Below are positions 62,856 through 64,000 of a stretch of 64,000 nucleotides of DNA, in pieces. A program made the position numbers and the translations under genes. Where the stretch lies: positions 1 through 64,000 of the forward strand of contig CDRNVI010000041.1 in assembly GCA_977017575.1 (NCBI GenBank). The letters run 5' to 3'. Each line of letters begins with the position of its first letter. Position 1 is the first letter of the stretch. Source of the stretch: Paramoeba atlantica. Lineage: Eukaryota > Protista > Discosea. The notes under the pieces were generated by a model. The model was not told where the DNA came from and searched no databases. It saw nothing but the letters and a program-made list of their open reading frames with translations.

Positions 62856-64000
62856 ATGATGACGTTGCGCCTAATCACGAACGCTGCCACATACCACAGC
62901 TTTCGCTGTTTGTTAGTCGCGCTGGAGACGAACTGCCAACTCAGCGTATCAGTGTTGTCCCATGAACAAAGCTTTCATTACTTGCTTAGATTGAATTTAC
63001 CAACATCATTCCCCTTGGAGGAAGTGTGGCCTGTCCTTGAGGAGGGTGAGGAAGACGTTCGTACGATAGGTTCAAAAAATGTATATCACCGACTCGCAGA
63101 ATTGAACAGATATTCGGGCAATGAAAATTTACGTCGTTTTCTGGAGTGGGATTCTGAAACCTTTCGAAATACGACTGACGAGGAGTCACAATATGGGAAA
63201 TTAGATTCTAATAATGCGGCGACGATAATTAAAGACCTAGCGGTGAAGTTTCCGTCTGTTTTACAGGATGACACAACCGTTATGAAGTGCTTGCTGTTCG
63301 CCTCCGTGATTCCTCTTGTACCTACACTAGAACACACGAATGCATTGCAGAATGAGGAAGGACACTTTGGTGGGAATCTTCATTCTTGGTTTGAGGCCTT
63401 TTTCAAGACGAATCAAGCATCAATTCGGTCCGGGTTATCTCTTCTGGGAGTGCCAGAGCTTTCCAAACTGGAGTTTTCGCAAAAAGTCCCTCGCTCCCTA
63501 TCCGTGGCAAACTATCCCTTCTACGTCACAACACCCATCTACTATGTTAATGCTGCGCCCCACATCGGTCACATTTACTCTACCTTAGTAGCCGACTGCC
63601 TTGCGCGTTACCATTCTTTAATAGGTGAGGAAAGTTTTTTGTCTACCGGAACGGACGAGCACGGGCAGAAAATTGCAAAAGCTGCCGCAGATAAAAATCA
63701 AACGCCGCAAACGTTTACCGACGACGTCGCGCGCTCCTTCCGGGACTGCTTCGATGAGTGGGATTTTAAATACAACCACTTTGTCCGCACAACCGATCTC
63801 GAGCACGTTTCCCTCGTAGAGAAGCTATGGGAGAGGCTGGTCGACCAAGACGACATTTATCTAGGCACCTATGAGGGCTGGTACTGCGTCTCCGACGAGT
63901 CATTTCTAACTGCCACACAGGTGCGTGAGGAGGCATTACCCGAGGGGACGGGTACGCGCTATCTCTCTGTAGAATCCGGTCACCCCGTACATCGTGTCTC
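62856..64000 (+). CDS. MetRS: methionyl-tRNA synthetase with N-terminal extension, truncated by the window end
   Basis: Frame open from ATG 62856; [18 protein letters not shown] (HIGH), [28 protein letters not shown]; absent from the ORF track because it has no stop in the window. Confidence 0.92.
   Translation, partial: MMTLRLITNAATYHSFRCLLVALETNCQLSVSVLSHEQSFHYLLRLNLPTSFPLEEVWPVLEEGEEDVRTIGSKNVYHRLAELNRYSGNENLRRFLEWDSETFRNTTDEESQYGKLDSNNAATIIKDLAVKFPSVLQDDTTVMKCLLFASVIPLVPTLEHTNALQNEEGHFGGNLHSWFEAFFKTNQASIRSGLSLLGVPELSKLEFSQKVPRSLSVANYPFYVTTPIYYVNAAPHIGHIYSTLVADCLARYHSLIGEESFLSTGTDEHGQKIAKAAADKNQTPQTFTDDVARSFRDCFDEWDFKYNHFVRTTDLEHVSLVEKLWERLVDQDDIYLGTYEGWYCVSDESFLTATQVREEALPEGTGTRYLSVESGHPVHRV

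Overview
Eukaryotic, intron-free, gene-dense DNA from a kinetoplastid. The MRP1/gBP21 orthologue and spliced-leader sequence support this. Merlin transposons and an expanded LRR family suggest an early-branching Perkinsela-like lineage, but that is inference. All recognisable host genes (about 30) lie on the + strand, as in one polycistronic unit: MRP1, Mdm34-like SMP protein, bacterial-type RNase HII, thioredoxin reductase, AMPK-gamma, twin-CX9C protein, NO66, TGS1, PUF, DEAD-box helicase, UFD2, SPCS1, XRCC2-like protein and MetRS. Eleven paralogues of one LRR family are dispersed among them, three of them disrupted. Intergenic DNA holds many TA-flanked Tc1/mariner-type elements and MITEs (some nested), three Merlin transposase relics and an RNase H relic. 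Main highlights: (1) a ~577-bp structured non-coding element, present twice, that begins with spliced-leader exon nt 13-39 plus the GT donor and sits at the same LRR register in two unrelated LRR genes; (2) a thioredoxin reductase ending GGT-TGC-TGA-GGT-TAA (Gly-Cys-Sec-Gly), unexpected in a kinetoplastid; (3) ~1-kb GC-rich islands every 6-12 kb in which skew flips from C-rich to G-rich. All structures and alignments were assessed by eye; no searches were run.
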